Of a stretch of 64,000 nt of DNA, positions 49,047-63,200 are shown piece after piece. The stretch's first letter is position 1. Each line of letters opens with the position of its first letter. Below the pieces are notes generated by a model. That model was not told where the DNA came from and did no database searches. It saw only the letters and a program-made list of their open reading frames with translations. Source of the DNA: Eledone cirrhosa (taxonomy: Eukaryota); contig OZ024743.1 of the NCBI GenBank assembly GCA_964016885.1, positions 233,368,001-233,432,000 of the forward strand, given 5' to 3'. The translations under genes and the position numbers were made by a program.

Positions 49047-49547
49047 TGTATGTATGTATGTATGTATGTATGTATGTATGTATGTATGTATGTATGTATG
49101 TATGTATGTATGTATGTTTATATGTATGTATGCATGTGTGTGTATGTTCGTATGTATATATATGTATACACCCACACCTTTCACCACCATTGCTTCTTTT
49201 TGTTGTCATTTCTGTTGAAGTTGTTTTTGTAACTGTTGTTGTTTTTGTAACTGTTGTAAAAGTTGACGTTGTCCTTATTTTCACTTTCTTTGATTTCTTT
49301 TGTTTTTCTTTTATCTCCCTATTGAATTCGTTGACAAGATTCTTTTATTTATTTTCTTCGTTTTCTTCATTCAAATGCATTCACACTAGCTGTTTAAGAG
49401 TCGTACAAATATGACTTATAAAACTTACCAAACTAAAGGGGCTTCCAACGCTCCCCAAATCTTCAAACGCTCCACTAACGCCCCCTTGCTCCAAAATGAT
49501 CCCCTGGAGCTCCAAAACGCCCCTCGTTGAGAACCTTTGATATAGAT

Positions 49548-52500
49548 GATCAACATTCTACAGTGAAGCAAAGACGAGTACAGGTAACCAGAACAATGTC
49601 ACTAGAGACCCCTGCACAACGACAGCAAAGACATGAAAACGACCGGAGGAGAACGACTGCACGCAAGGCCAATGAGTTATAAGAGGCAAAGGAAAAACGA
49701 TTAGAACAATTATGTCAACAAAATGCAATCCGCAATAGCTAAGAGTCAAAAAAGGAAAGAGAAAAACGTTTAAAGGATGCAAGACAAAGACAAGCTGCCA
49801 GAGTTGCGAATGAAACAATAGGTCTGCGACAGATTAGATAAAGAAAAAACCAGGAGCAAACAGTTGCTGCAAGACTTCGCCGATCCTCTTGCACCTTTCA
49901 AGGGGACTTGGAAAAGATCAGCTTGCAACTATGATCCAAAATATGGTTATTCTACAGAGAAATTGATTGATATTGGAGCAATGTCAAAAGAGTGCTGTTT
50001 TTCTAAATGAAAGAAATGGGAAAGAGAAACCACTAATATGTATTGTGGTGGAGGAACGGTTGTTTTACCGACGTTTGGTACACCCCAGGTACTTTAAAGG
50101 CATTGCTTTTGGGAAACACATCAAGTAGCATGCACTTCTTCAAGAACATTAGGAATTATAATTCTGCTTTCCAAATTACCTCCTTTGGTAACAATATTAT
50201 AAGAGAAGAGATCATGAAGCCAACTTTTAAGGTTCGAGATCAAGTATACCATCGTATTGGATCTTTGTTGCCAACTGAAGGCAAACATCCTTAGTTTTTA
50301 CGGCTATATTTTGTGGCAAATTGCAAGGAGCAGGCTTTGCAATGGTCATTTAACCTTCTAAATCTGAAAGAAGAGTTAATCTTTGATCTGCAAGATATGT
50401 TGCATGCAAGCAATAGCTACAGGAGAAGCTTCATGTATGCATTAGAATCTGCACCACCCACTGAATACAAGATAGTTATTGATGCAGACAAGAAGCCTGT
50501 TGCTGAACACAGAGGTCTCTACAATGGCCCTGCTGCAAATGAAGTAGCAGCAATTATTACAGGCGACAATTATGGTAAGAGAGATATTATTATTCAAGGA
50601 AGAGGAAATAAAGTGCAGCGGATAAGTGCAACCCAGTGATTATATGATGCACTCCAGTATCCATTAATCTGTGTATTTGGTCAAGATGGATATCACTTCG
50701 GTATAAAAAAAAACAGATCTTAAAACAAGAGCTCCTGTACTGACAAAAACAGTAAGCTGCATGGAATTCTATGCTTACCTTTTCATAATAAGAGAGCTAG
50801 ACTTCAATATTCTTCATCGTTCACGTGAGCTCTTTCAGCAATTTGCAGTTGATATGTACGCAAAAATTGAAGGAGGAAGGCTACTTTACATTAGAACACA
50901 TCAGAAAGATCACCATGCATCAGATTACATTCACCTGAGAGATGCAATCAGTAATGAAGGAGTATTGGCTGCTGATAACATTGGACAGCTTTGTGTTATT
51001 CTTCCATCAAGCTTTACAGGAAGTCCACCGTATATGCATGAGTGTACCCAAGATGCACTTATACATGTCAGACACTATGGTCGTCCAGACCTCTTCATTA
51101 CATTCACATGTAACCCAACATGGCATGAAATAAAGAGTGAGCTTTAACATTATCAAAACCCCAACAATCGCCATCTGTTCAGACTTAAAGTTATAAAGCT
51201 GATGGATCTCCTAAAAAAAGGTGAAGTTTTTGGACCAGTCAAATGTGACATGTCAAATGTGACATTCAATTGAATGGCAAAAGTGGGGATTGCCACATGC
51301 CCACATTTTGATTTGGTTGCATATAAAACTTCGGTCAAATGATATCGATATATTTATCTCAGCTGAACTGCTTGATCCACAGCAAGATCTTTTGCTGCAT
51401 GAAATTGTCAAGTCCCAGATGATTCATGGGTCCTGTGGTTCAATTAATCCATCCTCCCCATGCATGAGGGATAATAAGTGTATCAAGAACTACCCATATC
51501 CCTCTGTACAATAAACCCAAACTGGAGAAGGTGGCTATCCCCTTTAAAGGAGAAGAAAACCTGGGCACGGTGGATTCCCTTTGGAAAAAAAAAGAGAAAT
51601 GGGAAATAATTCATCATTGATAATCGGTGGGTTGTACCCTACTGTCATCTTCTTACAAAAACTTTCAAAGCCCATATCAACGTTGAATTCTGCAACTCTG
51701 TTAAATCTATTAAGTATGTTTGCAAATTTATAAACAAAGGTTTATATGTTGCAACATATACTCTTATGCAGAATGGCAGTCAGTACAAACGACGAAGTTG
51801 CACAGTATGAGAAAGGAAGATTCGTCAGTAGCAATTAGGCGTTTTGGCACATCTTCAATTTTCCGATGCATGAGAGGCACCCAGCCATCATTTTTCATCT
51901 GATTATCCATCTATAGAATGGCCACAGAGTTATCTTTACAAAACAAACAGGCTTGCAAAAAGCACTTTTTCCAAAAGAAACTACCCTAATTGCCTTTTTT
52001 AAGTTGTCTCAAGAAGATGAAGACGCAAGAAAACTCCTTTACCCAGAATTACCCAAGTATTACACCTGGAGAAATAATAAATGGCACAAGAGGAAACGTG
52101 AGACTGACGCTCTCGCAAGAGTTTACAGTGTCCTCCCAAGCCAAGCAGAATGCTACTACGTATGGCTCCTTTTGCATGAAGTACGCGGTCCCAAATCATT
52201 CCAAGATTTGAGGAGGGTTAGGGTTATGTGTGTGAAATTGAAGGGAAGCTGTCAAAAGTGTTAGAAAATGTTGATCATTGGGACATTCACTGAAGCATCA
52301 GTGTCAGATTCTCCAAGGAAACTGGAACCCTTTTGCAATTATGCTGAACATGTGTCAACTTGGCAGTCCCCTATAACTTTGGATGAAACATCGTGAGGAC
52401 ATGGCTGAGGACTTAAAGTAGGCAAATCCAGATATCAATATCCAGTTCTCTGAAAAATGTTTTAACCAAATACTTATTGAAATTGAGGATCAAGTTTTGG

Positions 52501-53932
52501 TCATGGGGGGCGATAATTTGCAAGAGCCTGGTTCTGGACTGCCAAAAACAAACCGTCAAGTTAGTGCGTTAACTTCAAGAGACAGCAAGAGATACAAATT
52601 ATGACATCACAGAGTTGGCTGCATTTGTGAATGAACATCAAACTAAACTTCTTCCAGAACAACGCTGTGCACATGATAAAATTCTTTCGTCAGTCAGAGA
52701 AAAAAACGGAGGAATTTTCTTTCTTAATGTTCCTGGTGGCACAGGTAAACATTTGTAACAACATTGCTTCTTTCCAAGGTAAGGCAACAAAAAAGAATTG
52801 CAGCTGTTGTAGCATCGTCTGGCATTGCTGCTACCCTTCTCTCAGGAGGAAAAACAGCTCATTCTGCTTTTAAATTACTGCTAAACCTGGTCACAAATGA
52901 CAGTCCAATTTGTAACATATGCAAAGGTTCAGGTTCAGCAGAAGTGTTGCATCAATGCCACCTGATCATTTGGGATGAATACACCATGTCACATAGAAGA
53001 GCAATGGAAGCTGTTGATAAGACCTTACAGGACATTAGAGGCAACAATAAATCTATGGGAGAAGTTACATTAGGTTTATCAGAAGACTTCAGTCAGACAT
53101 TACCAGTCATTCCGAGAGGAACAAGAGCTGATGAAATAAAATCATGCATTAAGTCTTCGCACCAATGGAATAAATTACAGAATTTCTCCTTCAATACTAA
53201 CATGTGAGCTTTATTACATGGATACCAATGTGCAGAACAGTTTTCAACCCGACTTCTCCAATTAGGGAACGGGCAAGTACCAATTGATGGTAATGGTGAT
53301 ATAAATTTGGCTCATATTACTCTCATGGTGAATTCCCCAGCTGAATTGAAGAACAGGGTATTTCCAGACTTAAGTAATAATTATAATTCACATAAATGGT
53401 TGTGTGAAAGGACAATTCTTACTAAAACAAAAATGAAGCAGTAGCAAGGATTAATCATGAATTAATGAATAAGATTCCAACAGACATTATGGAGTACAAA
53501 TCAATTGATTCAGTCCTTGATGAAAATCAAGCTGTCCACTAGCCAACATAGTTCCTTAATTCTCTTGAGCCACCTGGAACTCCTCCACATAAACTTTTTC
53601 TGAAGGTAGGTGTCTCAATAATGCTTCTAAGAAATTTAGATCCTCCTAAATTATGCAATTGGACAAGGTTGATTATGAAGACATTATCACCTAATGTGAT
53701 TGAAGCTACCATCATTACTGGATGTGTCTCTGGGGAAGATGTTTTCATTACAAGAAATCCAATCAAACCAATAGACATGCCATTTGAGTTCAAACGAACA
53801 CAATTCCCAGCGCGACTTTGCTTCGCAATGTCTGTTAATCAACTTTATGTTGATTGCTCCAGGTTTACAAGACTTATTTATCTATGCTCCAAACCAGAAA
53901 ACAAAGAATGTTGTTTACCCAGAAGCTCTTAG
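49548..53932 (+). pseudogene. Helitron RepHel (HUH Rep + Pif1 helicase) pseudogene
   Basis: [110 protein letters not shown]; many disruptions. Confidence 0.93.
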
Positions 53933-54924
53933 GTAATTTCCTTCAAGATATGTGATATAATTTATCTCCCTTCATTAAAGGGGTAAATTTTGTATTTTCG
54001 TTATTATAATCATTATTATTATTGTTCTGATCAGACGTCTTTTTGCTCGCTCTCGTAAGTCTCTTTATTTACCTGTCATAAATTATTTATTGTTAAATTT
54101 TTGTTGTTGTGTAAGGGATATAAGCCTTTTGACTTTGCCCTGTGAAGGGGAAAGTATAATATTTGGGCCTTTTGGCCCAAATATTTGAATTTTTTACATT
54201 TAAAAATTATCGAAAAAAAACAAAAAACAAACATGGCTGAGCCACGCCAGCGATATATCTGCTGTCGTGTGACAACGAGGTAAAAGTTGAGAGGAGGGTT
54301 ACGGCGAACACAGAAATTGATACAACAAACATCACCACAAACAACGTGAACAAAGACAGCAATGACAATAACACTGAGAACACTAATTTTGAAAAAAAAT
54401 GACCACACCAACCACAACAGCGACAACCAAAATGCAGACAACAGAAAAAATGACAACAAATGCAACAACAATATTCACACCACTAACATGAAAACAAATA
54501 GTGACAACACCAACAGCAACAATACAAATTGCACTGAGAACAACAACGGCGGCACCAAAGACACAACCAACTGCAACAATGATAACAGCAACAACACCAA
54601 CAACACCATTTGTAGCAACAGCAACGGCAACAATAACATGACCAGTAGCGGCAGTAGTGGCGGCAACAATGATGCCACTAAAAAAGGGACCATCTCTTTT
54701 GCAAAGGTGGCTCTCAACGTAGAAACAGTCCTGATCACAGAGGAGGAGATGGCGGTCGCAAGAAACACTGTAACCAGAACTGAATTTTCGGTGTCCTTGA
54801 AACCACCAACCGACTTCCTGGAAGAACAAGAGCGACGCACAGTATCATACCGCACGATTGCCAGGAAATCACGTCGTGTGGAGAAAGCCTCGGAGGCCCA
54901 AATCCAGAAGGCCTTGGGAACTGT

Positions 54925-56085
54925 GTGGGAACTGAAAACCCACATCGCCCGAGGCAAGAAATATGCTCCAGTGGACGTCCTTTTGCTACCATCCAGGAAG
55001 CAAAATCGTACTCACTGACGACCCTACGAAGTGATGACATAACATTAGTCCCGTTTTACTGCGGGAAAAAAATTGCAAAGGTCAGGGTAACCCAGGTTCC
55101 GCCCTACGTACCCGTGCCTTGGCTGGTCGTGTCTGTTATTGCGGGCATCAAGGATAGAACAACCATTCTGCAGGTACAGAAGTTGGGGGGAGAGGACTGG
55201 TGCGGTATTGGAATGGAGATGCTCATCCAAACCGACCAGGACTTCATCAGCGCTATTCCCGACATAATCGACCTCGGGAATGGCACCCAACTTCCCATAT
55301 CTGTGGAAGGAAGGCGCCCAAAGTGCTTCAACTGTGGATCGAAGTCTCACCTCAGGGCCTTCTGCCCACAGAAAATAACAAAGGCCAAGGTCCGCCTCCT
55401 ACCAACGCCGGAACCACTGCCATCAGAAACAGAAAAGTCAGCGAAAAAGTCGGGAGCTTCTACAGTGAGCAGGAGGACAACGTCCATGGCACCCACACCA
55501 AAGCCAAGGACAACAAAAACAGCGGCAGCAACTGCAGCAACAGAAACAATTGCACTAGCTGCTCCTGTGCCAAGAACAGCAGACCAGGCTCCACCAACAC
55601 CACCACCACCAACAACAACAACAACAACAACAACAAAGATAAATGAGAGGGTAGAACTCATACGACTCCCCGACCTCTCACAGTCGGACATGGAGTATGA
55701 GGCGGCTGAGGAGTGGAAAACGGTTGTCAACAAAAAACAAAACAAAACAAAAACAACAAAAAAACAAAACAAATGCAAAAACACCATAGCTTCTCCCTCC
55801 AAAAGCGAAGGCAAAGAAAGAGAAGTAAAGGCTGCAAGGAGACTTGTAGCAGCACCCCCACCATCACCATACCCACCACAACCATCACCACCAACAACAA
55901 CCACACCACCACCAGCATCACCAAAAACACCAACATCGCAAACACAACAAAGCACACACACTCAACAGCAACAACAAGAAAACAGCAACAAAATCCCCCC
56001 CCCCCCCAACAAAAAAAAAGTACATAGCCATAAATATCACACACAAAGGATTAATGGAACATATAAAACAACACACAGACATTAG
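54925..56085 (+). pseudogene. Tx1 ORF1 (gag-like CCHC) fragment
   Basis: VEGRRPKCFNCGSKSHLRAFCP followed by Pro/Thr-rich region; frameshift relative to 54362-55018. Confidence 0.85.
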
Positions 56086-56351
56086 AGACTCAAATTACCA
56101 CACGCCACCAACACCAAAGAACATTACCCCAAAACATTACAATTGTCGGAGTTAAACTGGAAGACTATAAACAATTAAAGCAAAAATTCTCCAACGCAGT
56201 TGGAGATTTGAGGGGGTTTCTCTCCAAAAGAATATATACCGATATTATCTTGGAGACACCCATGACTAGCCGAAGGGACGGTTCTACTGTCCCGTTTCCA
56301 CACGATCAAGGTAAGTGATCCTTTCTCACTTTCCCCCTTTCCTCATCCAGC

Positions 56352-59300
56352 ATGGCCGTACTTAGAATAGGCAGTATAAATGTACGTGGCCTGGGGTCAT
56401 CTTGGAAGCAGAGTCACCTGCTCAACGACCACAGGTCACTAAACATAGATGTAGTGGCCATCAGCGAAACCTGAATCTCCGAAGCACATGCCTTCGCACC
56501 GATCTTCGGCGGCTACGATGTATACGCATCTCCCAGTCGTCCGGAATCGGGCGGAGTTTGCTGTGCTTTTTCGGAGGGGTTTGGATCTCGCCATACGGGC
56601 CATCTTCCTGGACCCAGAAGGTAAGTCGGTGGTGCTGGACGTGACCGGCAGCGAAGGCAATGCTTTCAGGCTAGCCGTCTAACAGGGGCAGGACGGACAG
56701 ATTTCTTCAGACGTCTAGAGACCTTTCTTGCAACGTCCCGCTCTTTAGTGTTAATGGGCGACTGGAACGGTATCTTAGATGCACGCTGGGAATATGTGGG
56801 TTAATAGACAGAGGAGGAGGGTGTAAAAGCCTGAACAACCTGCTCAGGCGTTTTGAACTGTCTGACAGGTATAGACTGGATTATCCGAGTATGCCAATGT
56901 GGACATGGGCAAACCGCATCGGGTCATCCAGATCGTGTATTTGATAGTGTATTCTGTATGGAAACAGATAAGGTTAGTGTAGATTGTCCACAACTTAAAG
57001 TAGTCAACTACACGGACCACAAATTTGTGATCTGTGAAGTTGACTTAGATAGACTCCATAGGCAATGGTCCGGTTACTGGAAGCTGAACGTGTCGTTCCC
57101 GGCGCGCAAAGCTTACAGAGACCGGATTAGCGAATTAGTTAAGCGTGCGTTGACGGGTGCGATCGTCAACAACAGGTGGTGATTTACCCTGAAAAGGGCT
57201 ATTAGAGTAGAATCGATAAGGTTTAGCAAAGGAGTAGTGATTGAGGAAAATAGAGTAGAGGGAGAGCTAGTTAGAAAGCTAGAAGAAGCGTTTACGTCAG
57301 GCATCGCAACCGACGTGCTTGCAGCGAGATTGGCACTCGACCAATTCTTCGATGCAAAGCATGAAGGATGCGTTGTCAGAACTAGAGCGCGTGTTCTGAA
57401 ACACGAGGGGACGAAAGCCGTTCAATGGGCCCGGGTGGTGGAGGCGCGATGTATCAACAAATCCACAATTCGGTCTTTGCCTGATGAAAACGGGCGCATG
57501 TTGCTCGAACCCGAGCAGATGGGTGCGGGTTTTCAACAGCACTTTGCTCAATTGTTTGGGAGCAGCGGTGGGCCGGATCGGAGTATGTACTTCGGTGCAT
57601 ACCTCGACGGACTGCCGCGGCTCTCGACGACCGCAGCGCAGTACTGCGAAAAGCCGATAACAGCAGGTGAAATACGGGAAGCGATGTCTGACTGCACGAG
57701 GGGTAAATCACAAGGTTTGGATGGTCTTCCCTACGAGCTTTATATGTATATGCCAGACTTATTCGGCGACCTCTTGGCAGATGTCTACTGCAACTGGCAG
57801 CAGAACGGGAGCATTCCCAGTTTTGTGAGCCGGGGAACGCTGGCGCTGCTGAGAAAAGACCCGAGCAAGAGGGACGTTATAGACTACTTCAGGCCCATAA
57901 CTCTGCTAAACGCAGAGTTTAAGATTTTGGTCAAGGTGTTAGCAAAGAGATTGGCGCTTGTCGTCGGTGATCTGGTGGGAGAGGCGCAGACATGCGCCAT
58001 TCCGGACAGATCCATCCACGACAACCTCCATCTCATGCGATACATTATAGAGAGGGTGGTTAAGGAAACTGGCACGGGTGGGGCCCAGATCAACTTAGTT
58101 CAATCTAAAGCATTTGATAGGGTTGACCATCGGTACCTGGCTGCGGTCCTCGAGGCAGCCGGCTTCGGGCCCGTTTTTAGGGGCTGCATCGCTGCGATTT
58201 ACAGCGACATCTGCTCGATTGTGAGGGTGAATGGTCACCTGTCGCAGCCTTTCAGCATCATGCGCTCGGTCCACCAGGGTTGCCCCCTCTCGTCCCTCTT
58301 GTACATACTGGCCCTCGAGCCGTTACTGCACAAATTGGAGACGATGAGGGGGGGAGGCTTCCACGCGAACTGAGATGCGGAAGATCCGTGTCAGCTTACA
58401 CCGACGACGTCACCGTGGTGGTGTCGAGCACCAAACACATCCAGATGCTCGGCACCGCTCTCAGGGAATACGAAGCGGTGACAGGAGCAAAGATAAACAA
58501 GGAAATTTCGGTGGGCTTGGAACTCGGCACCTGGAGAGGCAGATCCATGCCGTCCGACAGCGTAATTGGGCGGTGGACGGAAGGACGGAAGGACGGGTTA
58601 AATTGCTCGGGGTCTGGTTCGGTTCGGACCTGCAGATGGAGAAAAACTGGAGCGAGGTGACGAGCAGGGTGGCCTCTCTCACCCAGAAATGGGCCGAGAG
58701 GAGGCTGTCTCTGAAAGGTAAGGCGGAGGTGGCGAATGCGTACATAGCGTCCATCATCTGCTACCGCCTGACCGTCGTACCTTGCCCCCGCCCAACTCTG
58801 ACCAAAATGGAGCGCCTTCTCTTCCGCTTTTTGTGGAAGGGACGTGCTCCATGGTCACACGATCCATTTGCTGTCAGCACCCGTTGCGTGGAGGACTAGG
58901 CATGCTGTGGCTGATGATGCGCAAACATGCGCTTAGGCTGCGATATCTCTGGTGCTTCCTTAACGATGAACAGATGTGGTCACCGTTTGCCAGACGCGCT
59001 TTTCCCCAGCTCGTCTCTTTGACGGAGCTGCGGTCCTGGATCAGGAAAAGACTGAGGGATAGCGCTTGGAAGCTGGAATGTCTCCAAGCGCTCACCGCCC
59101 TCTGCCAGCTGGGCACTAGTATCGGTGGACCATCCACCTCGGCGTTCTATAGAGAGCTAGTGGAGGGAAAGAGCGACGATTTTCTCGGGGAGACCCTGAA
59201 CGTCGAAGAAGATCAGCTGTTCGCTCTCTTCAAGAGAGCTTTCAGACCGGGGCCTATGGACAACTTCCAGAAATCCCTGGCCTGGCAGTGTTACCGGGGA

Positions 59301-59772
59301 GCATTGCCGGTTCGAGATAAGCTCTACAGGCACGGAGGTGCTGTCAAACGAGCTTGTCCGAGATGCGCGCAGGGCGACGAAACCGTCCTACACGCACTCG
59401 TTCAGTGCCCGAGGATTGCTTACTTGTGGAGCTATGTTGAACAGCTGCTGTAGCGTGTAGAACGAATCCGGTTATCGATTGAGTCCATTGTGCAGATAGC
59501 CCCGCCATCCTCCTTTAAAGAGGAGGAAGGACAGGCAGTTTTCATCTGCCTGGTGGCCATGGCGAAAGAGATTGTGTGGTGGACAAGGTTGAAAGGGTTG
59601 CAGACAGACATTTTCCTCTTCGGCCAATCCCTGATTAACTTTTTCAAGTTTCACTTGAAGAGGAAAATCAGGGTGGGGAGGCAAGTGCTGTCTTCTAGTA
59701 AGTTTGTTGAAAGGTGGGTGAAAGAGGCGAGTCTGGTCCGAGTGAACGGGCCTGCTCTGAGTATGTGCCTGT
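56352..59772 (+). pseudogene. Tx1 ORF2 APE endonuclease-RT, disrupted
   Basis: GYWKLN, GLDGLPYE, FRPITLLN, QSKAFDRVDH, HQGCPLS, YTDDV split over several ORFs. Confidence 0.92.
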
Positions 59773-60038
59773 AGACTGGGGAGTAGGAAAACTGAGAGAG
59801 GGCGCTTGCCCTGGTGGTCAGGGTGGCCGTGGTCTTTTTTGTGTGGTTTTCGCCACGAGTGACCCTCGAAGGTTTCCGCCATTTTGGGGAATTTTTGTTG
59901 TTTGAATGTTTTTGATTTGTAGCCCGATTTTGTTATAACCTGTTTACACGACCAAAACGCACTTAATATCGCCCTGTACTGTTCTGTGCCGTCTCTAATG
60001 TTTTTCTTCGTGTTAGCCCTTGTGACCAATAAAGAAAC

Positions 60039-60069
<31 letters not shown>

Positions 60070-60214
60070 GGCAACCTACGTAGGAAATCGTATTATCATG
60101 AGCTCCGCAAAGGTTTGTTATTTTCAGTTGTTTAAAATTGCCATTTATGGAACATTTTTTATTGTTAACTGTATATAAGTGCACATACATTGTTTTCTGA
60201 AAAGGACACTCAAA

Positions 60215-63200
60215 AGGATTGGGGCCTTGAGCCCAAAATTTAAACTTTTATAATTATCAAACAAAAATTTCTTTGAAAAAATCATGGATGACTCAGAGTC
60301 ACACCTTCTTCACAAACTAACACCTCACACCGACACCACCATTGTAAATATTACTACGTTTGCCAACACTAAAAATATAAGCAGTAGCAATATTTTAAAT
60401 TTGTCTCATGCAGACATTCATTTCCCGCCATTACCAATCACTGCAGGTGTTGAAGCCGCCACCACCACCACCACCACCACAGCGACAACAGAAACAAAAG
60501 AAAAAAATAAATTAACTCGTGACATCGAAATGGATTCACCCAGAATGGACTCTTCCACACCGAACACCACTGATGCCACCACCACCACCACCACAACTGA
60601 AACTAAAAATAACAATAACAAAAATAACAATAACAACAACAGCAACAACAACAATGAGAATAACATCGTGTCTTTTGCGAAGGCAGCCAAAAAATGCGAA
60701 ACAATCCAGGTAACTCAGGAGGAATTAGATGAAGCCAAGGGAATGGTAAAGAAAGATGGGTACAGGGTCATCCCCCCCCCACACCAAATAAAATGGAGCA
60801 TCGGCGCCTATGCACTGTGTCTTATCGGACGATTAACAGAAAATCGCGCCGAGTGGAACGGGCATCCGAGTCCCAAATCCAAAAAGCTTTGGGACATGTA
60901 TGGGCAAAAAAACCGCACATCAGACGTGGGCAGAAATATGGAACCGTGGACGTGTTCTTTGGAACACCACAGGAGGCCAGAGAACACTCCATGGCCCCAT
61001 TAAGAAGTGACGACTTCACACTCGTCCCAAGCTATTACGGCCAGAGACTCGTGAAGATCAGGGTGACCCACGTTCCACCGGCCATCGAAATTCCCTGGCT
61101 AATGGCTGCCGTCCTCGCCGGCATCGAGGCCAACACCAAGATAATTGAAATAGCGAAAGAAAAGCAGGAGAACTGCTGCGGATCTGGGATGGAGTTCCTG
61201 ATCCAAGCGGACCAAAAAAGCATTGAGGAAATCCCAGAGGTAATAGACCTCACTGACGGCAGCCACCTAACCGTAATCGTCGAGGGCAGAAGGCCTAGGT
61301 GTATCGTTTGTGGTGAAGGAACCCACAGGCCACATGTATTACCCACCCCAGTGACTCAACCATCAACACCACCAGCAGCAGAAATGGCAGCAACAACTGT
61401 AGCAGTAACAACTGTAGCAGCAACAACTGGAACAGCAACAACCCCAGCAACAGTAGCAAAACCACCCAAAGCGCCAGAACTAGCACCAGCGCCTACACCA
61501 TCCACTACGCCACAACCAAAACCAACGCCTGTGGAGGATTTTCCACTCCCCGACCTATCGCAACTGGAAACAGATTGTGACGACGAGGAGTGGGAAACGG
61601 TATCAGGAAAAAGAAAAAAAGAAAAAGAAGCCAAAAAAGAAAAAAATCCCCTTCCTTCCCCCTCCAAAAACAAAATACAGAAGGAAACAAATAAACTATC
61701 AAACAAAAAAGTTAGGACAGCTATGCCACCATCCACACCAGCATCACCAACCCCATCACCACAAACACTAACACCAGCACAATCATTAACCCCAACACCA
61801 CCATCACCAACACAACAAAAGTCACCATAAAGCGAAACAGAAACAAACCCACAACAAACGCAAACAAAACAAAACAACCCAAACGATACATACTACACAG
61901 CATTAAATTTGAACAACAAGCAATTATTACACTACATCCAACACAACACCAGCATCACAGAAAAAAAACTATACAACACCCAAAAGTCCACACCACCTCC
62001 ACACATACAAATCACTCGCATCACACAGAAAACGTACACGACACTAAAACAAAAATTCCCCAAAGATATCGGAGACTTCCGACAAGCACTCTCCATGAGG
62101 ATTTATAAGGACATCCTTCCGGAAGAGGCCACAAGCAGTGAAAAGGATGGAGAAACCATCCTTCCTCTACGAGAAGTAAGGTAAGTGGTCTTTCCCATCT
62201 TTTCCACTCCATTTCAACATGACCTCACTCAGAATAGGCAGCATAAATGCGCGTGGCTTGGGGTCGTCATGGAAGCAGGGCCACCTGCTCGACGACCTCA
62301 GGTCACTAAACATAGATGTAGTGGCCATCAGCGAGACCAGAATCTCCGAAGCACGGGCCTTCGCACCGATCTTCGGCGGCTACGATGTGTACGAATCTCC
62401 CAGTCGTCCTGGATCGGGGGAAGGAGTTGCTGTGCATTTTCGGAGAGGTTTGGATCTCGCCATACGAGCCATCTTCCTGGACCCAGAAGGTAAGTTGGTG
62501 GTGCTGGACGTGACCAGCGGAGAGGGGCAAGCTTTCAGGCTACTGGCCGTCTATGCCCCGACAGGAGCAGGGCGGCCGGATTTCTTCCGGCGTCTGGAGA
62601 CCTTTCTTGGAACGTCCCGCTCTTTAGTGTTAGTGTGCGACTAGAACGGGATCTTAGATGCACGCTGGGACTGTGTGGGATTAGCGGATAGGGGAGGAGG
62701 GTGCAAGAACCTCACCAACCTGCTCAGGCGTTTTGAACTGTCTGACAGGTACTGATTGGATTTCCCGAATGTGCCAATGTGGACTTGGACAAATCGCATA
62801 GGGTCATCCAGATCATATCTAGATAGAGTATTTTGTAGGGAAATAGATAGGTCTAGCATAGGCTGTCCACAATTCAAGATAGTCAACTACACGGACCACA
62901 AATTCGTGATCTGTGTGCTTGACTTAGATAGGCTTCATAGACGAGGACCCGGCTACTGGAAGCTAAACGCGTCCTTACCAGCGCACAAGGCCTACAGAAA
63001 CCGGATTAGCGAACTAGTTAAGCGGGCGTTGACGGGAGCCATCGTCAACAACAAGTGGTGGTTTGCTCTGAAAAGAGCGATTAGAATAGAGTCCATTAGG
63101 TTTAGTAAGGCTTTAGCAATAGAGAAAAATAGAGCAGAGGGAGAACTAGTTAGAAAATTAGACGAGGCCCTTAGCAAAGCATCGCGACCGACGTACTTGC

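Larger units (their letters stand above)
44631..49539. mobile_element. hAT-type non-autonomous DNA transposon loaded with nested insertions
   Basis: Perfect 14 bp TIRs CAAAGGTTCTCAAC (44631-44644) and GTTGAGAACCTTTG (49526-49539); 8 bp TSD ATGTAGAT/ATATAGAT (7 of 8). Confidence 0.85.
43785..54000 (+). mobile_element. Degenerate autonomous-type Helitron interrupted by a hAT element
   Basis: RepHel start at 44589 continues in frame at 49548; outer boundaries approximate. Confidence 0.75.
54160..60069 (+). mobile_element. Full-length degenerate L1/Tx1-clade LINE
   Basis: ORF1 54362-56318 (frameshifted, CFNCGSKSHLRAFC knuckle); ORF2 from 56352 MAVLRIGSINVRG to ~59772 (APE, RT, CPRC); AATAAA at 60028; (ATT)n tail. 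Confidence 0.93.

Noticed and set aside
56311-56350. Mini-intron (GTAAGT...pyrimidines...CAG) fusing Tx1 ORF1 to ORF2
   Set aside because: Only 40 nt, splicing would not put ORF2 in frame, and the acceptor AG is absent in the paralog at 62181-62218
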